Source of the DNA: Anaerovoracaceae bacterium
Lineage (GTDB): Bacteria; Bacillota; Clostridia; Peptostreptococcales; Anaerovoracaceae
NCBI GenBank assembly: GCA_045600065.1
Contig: JAZRXE010000055.1
Coordinates: 26,873 to 50,872 of the forward strand
Reading direction: 5' to 3'
Length of the DNA stretch: 24,000 nucleotides
Shown here: positions 1 to 8,940 of the stretch, one piece after another
How positions within the stretch are numbered: position 1 is the first letter of the stretch
Layout of the letters: each line of letters begins with the position of its first letter
Translations under genes and position numbers: made by a program
Notes under the pieces: generated by a model
The model's database searches: none
Told to the model about the DNA's origin: nothing
Seen by the model: only the letters and a program-made list of their open reading frames with translations

Positions 1-4
1 CCTT

Positions 5-1150
5 TCACCGGCTGTCTTTGCCGTCATCTTCAGATGAATGTCTGCTGATATTCATTACCACGCCCAGCTCGTAGAGCATCAGTATGGTGGCATTGCCCCC
101 CTGACTTATCAGCGGCAGGGTGACGCCAGTTGGGAAAAATGTGGCCGAGACTACAGCTACGTTCAGCACCACCTGCAGTGCCAGATGAATGGTCACTCCG
201 GATGCCAGCAGGGTCCCGTAAAGATCTCCGCAGTTCAGCGCTGCCTTGCAGCATCTCCAGATCAGAGCGGCATATACCAGCATGAGTGCCAGCACGCCTA
301 CAAAGCCCAGCTCCTCGCCTATTATGGCAAGAATATAGTCGTTCTGAGGCTCGGGCAGGTAAAGGGTCTTCTGGACGCTTCGCCCGAGTCCCACGCCGAA
401 CACACCGCCTGAGCCCAGGGCAAGCAGAGCCTGCACCACCTGATATCCGCCGGTTTGAGCCACCAGAAACGGATCGAGTATAGTCTTGACTCTGGTGAGC
501 ATATAGCTGCCCTTCGGAGAAAATATGATCCCCACAAAGCCGGTTACGGCAGCGATGCAGCATATGCCGAGATATTTCCAGTCCAGACCTGCCACGAACA
601 TTATTCCTATGCCTATCATAAGCACTATTCCCGCGGTGGAAAGATTCGGCTGAAGCATTATCAGGCCTGAGCAGGCAAACAGAAGCCCGAGGCAGGGCAG
701 TATGCCATCCTTCATCCTTTTGATGCGGCCCGGATCCTCGGATAAAAACCATGCCAGAAACAGTATCAGGCAGGGCTTTATGACCTCGCCGGGCATTATG
801 GTAAACAGATTGGCCACATTCAGCCAGCGAGTGGCGTTGTTCCTTGTAACTCCCAGACCGGGCACCTTCACCAGAGGCAGCAGAAAAATGCCTCCGGCTA
901 TGGCGGGGATTGAAAGAAGCTTCCAGTACCTGTAGTCGATATATGAAGCGGCGATAAACAGTATCCAGCCAAGCAGCTTCCACATTATATCCTCTTTAAG
1001 GAAGGAATATGGATCACCGTCCTTGCTTATTGCCTGATAATAGCTGGCACTGAATACCATTATCGAACCGAACAGAGACAAAGCCAGTGTCAGCACGACT
1101 ATGACAAAATCCCCTTCTTTTCTGTTTTTAAGCCTGTTTTTCTCGTTCAT
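5..1150 (-). CDS. ftsW: SEDS-family cell-division protein FtsW/SpoVE
   Basis: 381-aa polytopic membrane ORF with a SEDS-type C-terminal signature (TLPLISQGGNATIL). It lies directly downstream of murD in the dcw cluster. Its ATG overlaps the murD stop (TAATG at 1148-1152). Confidence 0.9.
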   Translation of the reverse strand: MNEKNRLKNRKEGDFVIVVLTLALSLFGSIMVFSASYYQAISKDGDPYSFLKEDIMWKLLGWILFIAASYIDYRYWKLLSIPAIAGGIFLLPLVKVPGLGVTRNNATRWLNVANLFTIMPGEVIKPCLILFLAWFLSEDPGRIKRMKDGILPCLGLLFACSGLIMLQPNLSTAGIVLMIGIGIMFVAGLDWKYLGICCIAAVTGFVGIIFSPKGSYMLTRVKTILDPFLVAQTGGYQVVQALLALGSGGVFGVGLGRSVQKTLYLPEPQNDYILAIIGEELGFVGVLALMLVYAALIWRCCKAALNCGDLYGTLLASGVTIHLALQVVLNVAVVSATFFPTGVTLPLISQGGNATILMLYELGVVMNISRHSSEDDGKDSR

Positions 1151-2526
1151 TAAAGCTTATTTACCAGGGACTTGAAGTGATCTCCCCTGTGTTCGTAACT
1201 CTTGTACATATCCCAGCTTGCACATGCCGGAGAAAGCAGCACAGTGTCTCCGGGCTCAGAAAGCCTGGCTCCCCTGGCGACACATTCCTCCATATCCTTG
1301 CAGAATACTATACGCTCAGGGGGGAAGCCCCACCTTTCCGCGGTTTCGGCTATCTTTACCGCAGTCTTTCCAAGCAGCAGCAGATATTTAACCTTGCCCT
1401 CAAACACCTTGAACAAATCGTCAAACTCAGAGCCCTTGTCGTATCCTCCGGCTATGAGCAGTACAGGCGTTGCGGTGGCCTGTATAGCCTTTTGGGCAGC
1501 GTCGGTATTTGTGCCCTTGGAATCGTTTACATAACGGACCCCGTTGACCTCTCTGACGAATTCGATGCGATGCTCAACTCCGGGGAAGCTCAGCAAGGCA
1601 CTTGTGACTGCCTTGGCGTCGATCCCTCCGAAATAGGCGCAGGCAGACGCAGCCAGAGCGTTCTCCAGATTGTGGATGCCGGGGATCTTTATATCCGCAG
1701 CCCGGCAGAGCCTGAGCAGCCTGCCGCAGTGGCAGATGCATATATATTCATCCTTGACAAAGGCATAGCAGCCGCTGCCCCGGGAAAGCCTTGACAGCTC
1801 ATCCTCCCCCAGCTCGTGGCTGAAGGGCACGCATTTCGCCCTTATATTCATATCCAGACAGGCGCGGGCAAGATCCCTGTCGTCTGCGTTAAAAACAAAA
1901 TAGCCGCTTTCATCCTGATTTGCATGGATCAGGTGCTTTACCCTGGCATATTCCTCCATGCTGTGATGTCTGTCCTGATGATCCGGAGTTATGTTGAGTA
2001 TAGCGCTTACAGCAGGCTTGAAGCTGACTGTGGTTTCCAGCTGGAAGCTGGATACCTCGGTGACCATCACCGTATTCTCCCCCGCAGCCGCGGCGCAGTC
2101 TGCCACCGGAAGGCCAATGTTTCCGACAACGCTCACATCTCTGCCTGCGGCCCTGACCATCTCCCCGGTCAGAGCTGTGGTAGTAGTCTTGCCGTTGGTC
2201 CCGGTAATGGCGATGAAGCTTCCCCTGCAATGCCTGTAGGCTACCTCCAGCTCTCCGGTGATGCGGGCTCCGGCAGCCTTGCAGGCCTGTACCGGGGCTA
2301 TCTCCGGTGATACGCCGGGACTGAGCACCAGCTCGTCCCAGCCCTCGCAGGAAGGAAAATCTTCAAAGAGCAGCTTTACGCCCCTTGCTCTGAGGTCGGA
2401 AAGAAGCCCTGCTTCGAAGCCTTCTTCGGGCTTGGAATCCCATACGCTTACATCTGCTTCAGAGCTCAGCAGCCTTGCTGCCGCAGACCCTGAAACTCCC
2501 AGACCTATAATAAGGATCTTTTCCAT
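1150..2526 (-). CDS. murD: UDP-N-acetylmuramoylalanine--D-glutamate ligase
   Basis: 458 aa. N-terminal Rossmann motif IIGLGVSGSAAARLL, Mur-ligase P-loop ITGTNGKTTTT, and C-terminal DSKGTN. Position between mraY and ftsW is canonical. Confidence 0.95.
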   Translation of the reverse strand: MEKILIIGLGVSGSAAARLLSSEADVSVWDSKPEEGFEAGLLSDLRARGVKLLFEDFPSCEGWDELVLSPGVSPEIAPVQACKAAGARITGELEVAYRHCRGSFIAITGTNGKTTTTALTGEMVRAAGRDVSVVGNIGLPVADCAAAAGENTVMVTEVSSFQLETTVSFKPAVSAILNITPDHQDRHHSMEEYARVKHLIHANQDESGYFVFNADDRDLARACLDMNIRAKCVPFSHELGEDELSRLSRGSGCYAFVKDEYICICHCGRLLRLCRAADIKIPGIHNLENALAASACAYFGGIDAKAVTSALLSFPGVEHRIEFVREVNGVRYVNDSKGTNTDAAQKAIQATATPVLLIAGGYDKGSEFDDLFKVFEGKVKYLLLLGKTAVKIAETAERWGFPPERIVFCKDMEECVARGARLSEPGDTVLLSPACASWDMYKSYEHRGDHFKSLVNKL

Positions 2527-2536
2527 AAGAGCACCT

Positions 2537-3523
2537 CTAAATCATCACCGATGCAGCAAGACAGAAGACTCCTGTGGCAAGCACGAACATCCTTACTACC
2601 TTGACCTCGGACCAGCCGCCCAGCTCAAAGTGATGATGGATGGGAGCCATCCTGAAAAATCTTCTGCCGTTTTGAGTCTTGAAAACATATACCTGTATTA
2701 TAACCGATAAGGCCTCGGCAACGTATACAAATCCGGCTATGGGAAGCAGCAGCTCGCAGCCTCCGGTGATGCCTATGGCAGCCAGGCAGCCGCCTATGGC
2801 CAAGGAGCCCGTATCGCCCATAAAGACCTTGGCAGGGTGACGGTTGTAGCACAGGAAGGCCAGACATCCCCCCATCAGCGCGGCAGCAAGATAAGAGGGT
2901 ATATCGAAGTCTGTCATATAGCTGTGGGATGCCGCAAAGCCGCCCAGCCACACAAAGAAAAGCGACACAGCCGAGCTGACGCTGCTGCAGAGCCCGTCGA
3001 GACCGTCATTGAGATTGACGGCGTTTGTCATTGCCAGCAGCACAAAGATCAGGAAGGGCACCGTGAATATGCCCAGATCCACATATATCCTGAACAGAGG
3101 CACGAACATCATATGTCCCCTGCTGTATTCATATACGGCAAGAACTGCAGCCACAATCAGCTGCAGTATTATCTTCTGTCTGGGGTTCAGACCCTCGTTC
3201 TGATGCTTTACCACCTTCAGGTAATCATCGGCAAAGCCCACCGCCCCGTAGGCAAGAGTCACGAAAACTATAATCGGCACGGTGTCGGGGCGTCCGCAGC
3301 GCATGTAGATCACAAAGCCTGAAATGCATACTGCTGCTATGATAGCCAGTCCCCCCATGGTCGGAGTTCCGGCTTTGGCAAGATGGGCCTGAGGTCCGTC
3401 CTCTCTTATGCTCTGTCCTGCCTTGAGCCTTCTCAAAAGAGGGAGCAGCATGCCTTCCAGCAGTACTCCCGATGCGAAGGCTGCGGCAAAGCTTACGAGG
3501 ATATTCTGTAGGGATCCGTTCAT
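2537..3523 (-). CDS. mraY: phospho-N-acetylmuramoyl-pentapeptide transferase
   Basis: 328-aa polytopic membrane protein with MraY hallmarks (GTPTMGG, ADDYLKV, NAVNLNDGLDGL, PIHHHFE). ATG at 3523 lies 3 nt after the murF stop. Confidence 0.95.
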   Translation of the reverse strand: MNGSLQNILVSFAAAFASGVLLEGMLLPLLRRLKAGQSIREDGPQAHLAKAGTPTMGGLAIIAAVCISGFVIYMRCGRPDTVPIIVFVTLAYGAVGFADDYLKVVKHQNEGLNPRQKIILQLIVAAVLAVYEYSRGHMMFVPLFRIYVDLGIFTVPFLIFVLLAMTNAVNLNDGLDGLCSSVSSAVSLFFVWLGGFAASHSYMTDFDIPSYLAAALMGGCLAFLCYNRHPAKVFMGDTGSLAIGGCLAAIGITGGCELLLPIAGFVYVAEALSVIIQVYVFKTQNGRRFFRMAPIHHHFELGGWSEVKVVRMFVLATGVFCLAASVMI

Positions 3524-3526
3524 TTT

Positions 3527-4933
3527 TTACTTAAACCTGTCTTTTACGATCTGAGCAAGCCTGTCGATGTATGTATAATGAGACCCCTTTATGAGCAGGG
3601 CGTCGCCGTCCTGCAGAAAATTCAGTACAAAATCCGTTGCAGAATCCGTATCCGGGAAGCATATCAGGGGCAGCGCTCTTGACGACTCTCTGGCTCCCAT
3701 CGCGAATTGTTCGCGGTTTTCCCCTATGAGCACCAGAAAATCGATACCGCAGTCCGCCGCGTACCGCCCCACTTCCCTGTGGCTCTGCTCGCTGGCATCT
3801 CCAAGCTCTCTCATATCGGAGATGACGGCTATTTTTCTTTTGGCATCCACGCCGGCAAGGGTCCCCAGCCCCGCCTTCATGGAATCCGGATTGGCGTTAT
3901 ATGTATCATCAAGGAAGAGCACCCCGTTGCTGAGCCTTACAAGCTCCAGGCGCTTCTCCTCGGGCACGGCTTTTTTCAGACCACCCGCGCATTCCTCCAG
4001 GCTCATGCCGCAGAACATTCCCACAGCCGCAGCCAGAGCCGCGTTGTGGGCGTTGTGCTCTCCGAGGACAGGCAGCTCCACCCTGCAGCTTTCTCCGCCT
4101 GCGGAAAGCACGAAGGCAATGCCATCAAGCCCCCTGTTTTCTATGCCGCTGAGCCTGATCTCCGCTTCCTCTCCCAGGCCTACGGGTATCATTACGAAAT
4201 CCCCGCCGGTATGGGCCTTTATATATTCCCTGCTCAAAAACGGAGTATCGCAATTGTATATCAGAGGCTGACCGGGCTGAAGGCTACTGCTGATCTGCAG
4301 CTTTTCCAGCGCTATGCCCTCCGGGCTGCCTATGTATTCCATATGCACCAGACCTATGCTGGTAATAACCGCGATCTGGGGCTTTAGCCAGCGGCAGTAG
4401 CCAAGCAGCTCGTTGTGCCTGTCCATGCCCATCTCGAATACCACTGCCTGAGTGTTTTCTTCTGCAAGAAAAGCAGTAAGACATATCCCCAGATGGGTAT
4501 TCAGATTTTTTCTGCTGGATACGGTATTGAATCTTTCCGCAAGCACTGCCTGTGTAAAGGTTCTGGTTGAGGTCTTTCCGGTGCTGCCTGTTATGCCTAT
4601 GCGCATAACATCGAACTGCCCGAGATAGGCCATCGCCATATCCTTAAGGGAATCAGAGGTATCGGAGCAAAGCACAAAACCGCAGTCGGGATGCTTTTCA
4701 AGCATGGCCTCGCCGAGACTTCTCTCCGATATCAGAAACGCCCTGCAGCCAAGCTCATAAGCGGATTGCAGATACTTGTGCCCGTCGGTGTTGGACCCCT
4801 TTACCGCCACGAACATATCTCCGGGAACGCATTCTCTGGAGTCGATCTTTACATCGCATATATCTATGTGCTCATTGCCCAGTATGGGACAGCCGCAGCC
4901 TGCGGCAAGAAATTGCAAGGATGTTTTTCTCAT
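3527..4933 (-). CDS. murF: UDP-N-acetylmuramoyl-tripeptide--D-alanyl-D-alanine ligase
   Basis: 468 aa. N-terminal DSREC-PGDMFVAVKGSNTDGHKYL, P-loop GITGSTGKTSTR, and the MurF-specific DDTYNANPDSM (MurE has a DYAHTPD-type motif instead). Confidence 0.9.
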   Translation of the reverse strand: MRKTSLQFLAAGCGCPILGNEHIDICDVKIDSRECVPGDMFVAVKGSNTDGHKYLQSAYELGCRAFLISERSLGEAMLEKHPDCGFVLCSDTSDSLKDMAMAYLGQFDVMRIGITGSTGKTSTRTFTQAVLAERFNTVSSRKNLNTHLGICLTAFLAEENTQAVVFEMGMDRHNELLGYCRWLKPQIAVITSIGLVHMEYIGSPEGIALEKLQISSSLQPGQPLIYNCDTPFLSREYIKAHTGGDFVMIPVGLGEEAEIRLSGIENRGLDGIAFVLSAGGESCRVELPVLGEHNAHNAALAAAVGMFCGMSLEECAGGLKKAVPEEKRLELVRLSNGVLFLDDTYNANPDSMKAGLGTLAGVDAKRKIAVISDMRELGDASEQSHREVGRYAADCGIDFLVLIGENREQFAMGARESSRALPLICFPDTDSATDFVLNFLQDGDALLIKGSHYTYIDRLAQIVKDRFK

Positions 4934-4935
4934 AA

Positions 4936-6945
4936 TTATTTATAGTATAGTGTTATTGTTGTATTTTTATTCACCGTTTCCCCGCCCTTGGGATACTGAT
5001 CCACAACACTCAGGTCTGAATAGCTGTCCACCTCGGGCGCTATAACATACTTAAGATTTCTTCCTGCAAGCTTGCCTATGGCATCCTCCATGGCAAGACC
5101 GGTCACATTGGGGACCGTGGTCTGCTTGCTTTGAATAGCCGCAAGCTCTGCCTTGGTATAATTGGGCTGAATATCCATATACATAAGGATCTCCTGCATT
5201 ATTTCCTTGGCGATGGGAGCGGCGGTGCTGCTTCCGTATTTTCCGTTTCGGGGCGTATCCACCAGCACCAGAATGGCGAACTTGGGATCTTCGATGGGCG
5301 CAACGCCCAGGAAGGAGGCAATTACATCGGTCTTTGAATAGCTGCCGGCCTCGGGCTTATTGGCCGTGCCTGTCTTTCCGCCAATGTGATATCCGGGGAT
5401 TTTTGCGCTTCCTCCGCCGCCCTCGTTGACGACGGATTCCATGATCCCCAGCATCTCAGACGCAGTCTGGGCGGATACAGTTATGCTTTTGACCTCAGGC
5501 TCTGTCTCCTCTATGACATTCCCCTCAGGATCCAGCAGAGCCTTCATAAAATGCGGCTGCATCAGATAGCCTCCGTTTGCTATGGAGCATACTGCTGTAA
5601 GCATGCTCACCGGAGTGACGGCTATGCCCTGTCCGTAGGACATGGTTGCCAGCTCTACAGGGCCGGAGGAATAGATATCCTGAATGATATTGCTGCTTTC
5701 ACCCGGGTAATCTATGCCTGTCTTCTGAGTAAAACCGAAGGAATCGATGCCTGCAAAATAGTTTGTGAGACCCATGCGCTGCGACAGTGTTATCATAGTA
5801 ACATTGCAGGAGTTCTGAATTGCCTGGGCCAGGGTCTGGGTCCCGTGTGCCGAAGGATAGTTCCAGCAGTGCAGTGTCCAGTCTGCAACATCCATATAGC
5901 CCGGGCAGTAGAAGGTCTCATCCTTGTAGGTGACACCCAGATCAAGGGCTATGGAGGTAGTTATGAGCTTAAAGGTCGAGCCGGGCTCGTAGGTATCGGA
6001 AACGCAGAAGCATCTCCACATTCTGTTCCAGTAATCCACCTGCTGTGAGCTGCTCATCAGAGCGAAGGCCTCCGCATCCTCGGGCATGGGCTCTCTCGGG
6101 TTATTGGGGTCGAATTCGTTGGTCTGCGCCATGGCAAGGATCTCTGCGGTTTTGGGATCCATAACAAGGCATACCACTCTGTTGGATTCGTATTTTTCAC
6201 GGCCCTCGGCTATCTTCTGCTCCACAACATACTGTATGTTTTCGTCTATTGTAAGCTGAACCGTGCAGCCGTCCTCAGCGGAATAGTATTTGTTGGTTCC
6301 GAAGGAAAGACTGTTGGAGCGTATATCCTTGCTCATTATCCAGCGGCCGTTGGTACCGGAAAGATAACGGTTGTAGAAAAGCTCTATGCCCGTAAGGCCC
6401 ACATTATCGTCCGTGGTGGTGCCAAGCAGCTGAGACGCAAAGGATTTAAGAGGGTAATACCTCTTGGCGTCCTCCACTATTTCTATACCCGTAAGCCTTG
6501 CCGCCCTCAGCGCATCGGCTGTTTCGTAATCAACGTTTTTAGCAAGCTTTGTCAGCTTTTTATCCGACGTGATGGTGGTGAACACGCTGTTGTATTCCAT
6601 GCCCAAGATAGCCGAAAGGCTGGTCGCCTCTGCATATATGTTGTACGCCTGCTCATCGGCATTCTTGCCGTTGTTTTTCACATCGTCGGGGCGTACCCAG
6701 ACCGTATTTGTGGTCGCGCTTATGGCAAGCTGACTGCCGTTGCGGTCCACTATGGAGCCTCTGACTGCGGTCACGACCTTGTCTGATGTCTGCTGCTTTA
6801 CCGCCTTCTGGGAATAGCTTTCAGCCATTATTACCTGGTGATAGCCCATTCTCATGGCAAGCCCGGCAAACAGAAAGCAGATCATAAGAAAGGCTATCAG
6901 TATCCTTTTTTTATTCAGATTTGTGGTCTTGCTGTTTCTGCTCAT
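4936..6945 (-). CDS. class B penicillin-binding protein (FtsI/PBP2B/SpoVD-like transpeptidase) with one C-terminal PASTA domain
   Basis: N-terminal TM anchor; transpeptidase motifs STFK (GSTFKLIT), SxN (NSCN) and KTGT; C-terminal PASTA-like segment (VPNVTGL...ITLYYK). The ORF is open to a TTG at 6969. The ATG at 6945 (MSRNSK...) is chosen as the likelier start, so the start is uncertain. Confidence 0.88.
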   Translation of the reverse strand: MSRNSKTTNLNKKRILIAFLMICFLFAGLAMRMGYHQVIMAESYSQKAVKQQTSDKVVTAVRGSIVDRNGSQLAISATTNTVWVRPDDVKNNGKNADEQAYNIYAEATSLSAILGMEYNSVFTTITSDKKLTKLAKNVDYETADALRAARLTGIEIVEDAKRYYPLKSFASQLLGTTTDDNVGLTGIELFYNRYLSGTNGRWIMSKDIRSNSLSFGTNKYYSAEDGCTVQLTIDENIQYVVEQKIAEGREKYESNRVVCLVMDPKTAEILAMAQTNEFDPNNPREPMPEDAEAFALMSSSQQVDYWNRMWRCFCVSDTYEPGSTFKLITTSIALDLGVTYKDETFYCPGYMDVADWTLHCWNYPSAHGTQTLAQAIQNSCNVTMITLSQRMGLTNYFAGIDSFGFTQKTGIDYPGESSNIIQDIYSSGPVELATMSYGQGIAVTPVSMLTAVCSIANGGYLMQPHFMKALLDPEGNVIEETEPEVKSITVSAQTASEMLGIMESVVNEGGGGSAKIPGYHIGGKTGTANKPEAGSYSKTDVIASFLGVAPIEDPKFAILVLVDTPRNGKYGSSTAAPIAKEIMQEILMYMDIQPNYTKAELAAIQSKQTTVPNVTGLAMEDAIGKLAGRNLKYVIAPEVDSYSDLSVVDQYPKGGETVNKNTTITLYYK

Positions 6946-6984
6946 AAATAAAAACGGCGCTCTTGTCAAAGGCGCCGCCGCGAT

Positions 6985-7326
6985 CTACTGATTGTAAACT
7001 GTCTCCTTGAGGGCCAGCGCAAACTCCTGTATCGAGTTTTCATCATTTTGAATGTAGATGATCTCGTCGAACCCCGGATATACAAGACCGAGCTCGAACG
7101 CCCTCTGTTCCAGGTTGTTTATATTGGTGGCGGATTTTATCTTGACCTGAAGGTTCAGGATTTCTCTCTGCCTTTCCTGTATCTGGCCGTTGATGGTATT
7201 TATCTGATACTGAAGTTTTGCACTGTAGGCGTTTATAAAAATTACAACGATGAATACCATAGCAAGAGCCAGAAGCAGTGCTATGATCCTTGTCTTATCC
7301 TTTTGTGATGCTGTCATTGTGTACAT
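6985..7326 (-). CDS. ftsL: FtsL-like small bitopic cell-division protein
   Basis: About 113 aa from the ATG at 7326, 2 nt after the rsmH stop. Single TM (IIALLLALAMVFIVVIFI), then a coiled-coil, then a LEQRAFELGL motif typical of Firmicute FtsL. Position between rsmH and the PBP is canonical. The upstream 43 codons of the 156-aa ORF overlap rsmH and are rejected. Confidence 0.65.
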   Translation of the reverse strand: MYTMTASQKDKTRIIALLLALAMVFIVVIFINAYSAKLQYQINTINGQIQERQREILNLQVKIKSATNINNLEQRAFELGLVYPGFDEIIYIQNDENSIQEFALALKETVYNQ

Positions 7327-7328
7327 TT

Positions 7329-8264
7329 TTACAACTTCTCTATTACTCTGAGCTTGGCGCTTCTGGATCTTGGGTTGATATTCAGCTCCCGGGCCCCTGC
7401 TGTTATGGGTTTTCTGCTTACATTTCTGATGTCTGCCACCCTGCCGCAGGTGCATACCGGAAATTCCGGCGGGCAGATGCAGGGATTCAGACGCTGCCTG
7501 AAATATTCCTTTACAATGCGATCCTCCAGAGAATGAAAGCTTATTACAGCCAGCCTTCCGCCCGGGGCGAGCACATCGGTAAAATCTTCAACAGCCTTGC
7601 GAAGGTGGCCCAGTTCATCGTTGACCTCTATCCTTATTGCCTGAAAGGTACGCTTTGCCGGATGAGGGCCTTCTCTTCTGGCGCTGGCAGGCATGGCCTT
7701 TTTGATCACCTCTACCAACCCGAAGGTGCTTGTTATCGGGGCTCTGGATCTCTCTTTTACTATGAATTCGGCTATTCTGGAAGCCCAGCGTTCCTCGCCG
7801 TAATCCCTGATGATTCGGGTGAGTTCGTCCTTGCTGTAGCCGTTCACCACATCCTCCGCGCTGAAGCTGTCCTGAGTATTCATGCGCATGTCCAAAGGAG
7901 CGTCCTGCATATAAGAGAAACCTCTCTGCGGATTGTCCAGCTGAAAGGAGGATACTCCCAGATCCAGCAGAGCTCCGTCCAGGGCCTCTATGCCAAGTTC
8001 ATCCAAAACCAGCTTTATATCCGAATAATTGCTCTGGACCAGATGCTTTTCTATGGGGAAGCCCTCCAGCCTTGCCGAAGCTGCCTTAAGGGCATCGGCG
8101 TCCTTGTCTATGCCTATGAGCACACCATTTCCTGCGAGCCTTTGCGCAATGCCCGAGGAATGACCGGCTCCGCCCAGGGTGCCGTCTGCGTAAACGCATC
8201 CGGGCCTTATATTCAGAGCTTCCATGACCTCATCGAAGAGGGCGGGTATATGAGAGAATTCCAT
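7329..8264 (-). CDS. rsmH: 16S rRNA (cytosine1402-N4)-methyltransferase
   Basis: MEFSHIPALFDEV... start at 8264, 2 nt after the mraZ stop. SAM motif DGTLGGAGHS, DLGVSSFQLD, SFHSLEDRIVK. The longer 342-aa ORF overlaps mraZ and is rejected. Confidence 0.93.
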   Translation of the reverse strand: MEFSHIPALFDEVMEALNIRPGCVYADGTLGGAGHSSGIAQRLAGNGVLIGIDKDADALKAASARLEGFPIEKHLVQSNYSDIKLVLDELGIEALDGALLDLGVSSFQLDNPQRGFSYMQDAPLDMRMNTQDSFSAEDVVNGYSKDELTRIIRDYGEERWASRIAEFIVKERSRAPITSTFGLVEVIKKAMPASARREGPHPAKRTFQAIRIEVNDELGHLRKAVEDFTDVLAPGGRLAVISFHSLEDRIVKEYFRQRLNPCICPPEFPVCTCGRVADIRNVSRKPITAGARELNINPRSRSAKLRVIEKL

Positions 8265-8266
8265 GG

Positions 8267-8698
8267 CTAAATCTGATATTTCCTGGAGAAGTCGCTGAAC
8301 TGCTCTGCGCTGAGCTGTCCGCCGCTGCTGTCGGATTCGTAGACCTCTCTGGCCCATATTTCAATGCGGTCCAGCATGCCTATGGTAACCAGATCCTTCT
8401 GTATTCCGACCATGTCCCTCCAGGTCTGCGGGATCACCGTTCTGCCCTGTTTGTCTATTTCGCAGTCTGTGGAGTTTTTAAGTATGTAACGGGTGAAGGC
8501 TCTGGCGTCCGGATCGGAGGTGGGCAGCTGCGCCAGCTTGGCCTGCAGCTCCTGCCAGGCGTCCATGGTATATATCACAAGGCACTCGTCCAAGCCCTTG
8601 CCCAGAACGCACTTATAGCCCAGCTCATCCCTGAATTTGGAAGGGATGATCAGACGGTTTTTGGCGTCTATTGAGTTTTGATATATTCCCATCAACAT
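8267..8698 (-). CDS. mraZ: transcriptional regulator MraZ
   Basis: 143 aa with two SpoVT/AbrB-like repeats, each carrying the DxxxR motif (IDAKNRLIIP, IDKQGRTVIP). It is the first gene of the dcw cluster. Confidence 0.93.
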   Translation of the reverse strand: MLMGIYQNSIDAKNRLIIPSKFRDELGYKCVLGKGLDECLVIYTMDAWQELQAKLAQLPTSDPDARAFTRYILKNSTDCEIDKQGRTVIPQTWRDMVGIQKDLVTIGMLDRIEIWAREVYESDSSGGQLSAEQFSDFSRKYQI

Positions 8699-8726
8699 AA
8701 AAAAGAGAGTCCTCCCGCATTGTCCT

Positions 8727-8752
8727 CTCCACTATACCCCACTTTGCTCCAC
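8727..8752 (-). promoter_or_regulatory. three direct MraZ-box repeats (GTGGAG-N4-GTGGGG-N4-GTGGAG, 10-bp phasing) in the mraZ leader
   Basis: Plus strand reads ctccac(8727-8732) tata ccccac(8737-8742) tttg ctccac(8747-8752). On the gene strand these are GTGGRG hexamers at exact 10-bp spacing, 29-54 nt upstream of the mraZ start. Extra isolated ctccac copies sit at 8789-8794 and 8851-8856. Confidence 0.7.
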
Positions 8753-8804
8753 GAATCAAGTTTTTTTTGAGCATAAATGGGATTTTAACTCCACTTTTTT
8801 CTTA

Positions 8805-8832
8805 ATTATAATACTTCGCCGGAAAAAGGCAA
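8805..8832 (-). promoter_or_regulatory. candidate sigma-A promoter of the dcw cluster (TTGCCT-16 nt-TATAAT)
   Basis: Minus strand reads TTGCCT (8832-8827), a 16-nt spacer, then a perfect TATAAT (8810-8805). The predicted 5' UTR of about 100 nt contains the MraZ boxes. Confidence 0.55.
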
Positions 8833-8940
8833 TAAAAAAGCGTCTTTCCGCTCCACCTGAGTGAAAAACGCTGATCAAAAGTGAAAAAAGGGTATTCTTT
8901 GGGCTCCGTCACCCTGAAACGGGAACGCCTGCCCTGCCCA

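Noticed and set aside
3527-6945. Absence of murE between the PBP gene and murF, considered as a deletion or rearrangement of the dcw cluster.
   Set aside because: The gene junctions are intact, with 2-3 nt gaps and no scars. murE is located elsewhere in many Firmicutes, so this is ordinary variation in dcw organisation.
7327-7455. N-terminal extensions offered by the ORF track: ftsL from 7455, rsmH from 8357, hsdR from the TTG at 17251, DUF3810 from the TTG at 10041 and the PBP from the TTG at 6969.
   Set aside because: The ftsL and rsmH extensions overlap the preceding gene. The hsdR TTG sits on its own SD. The DUF3810 and PBP TTG starts have no convincing SD. The extensions encode basic or low-complexity peptides. 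Internal ATGs placed 2-3 nt after the upstream stop, or behind a clear SD, give proteins that begin like known family members.
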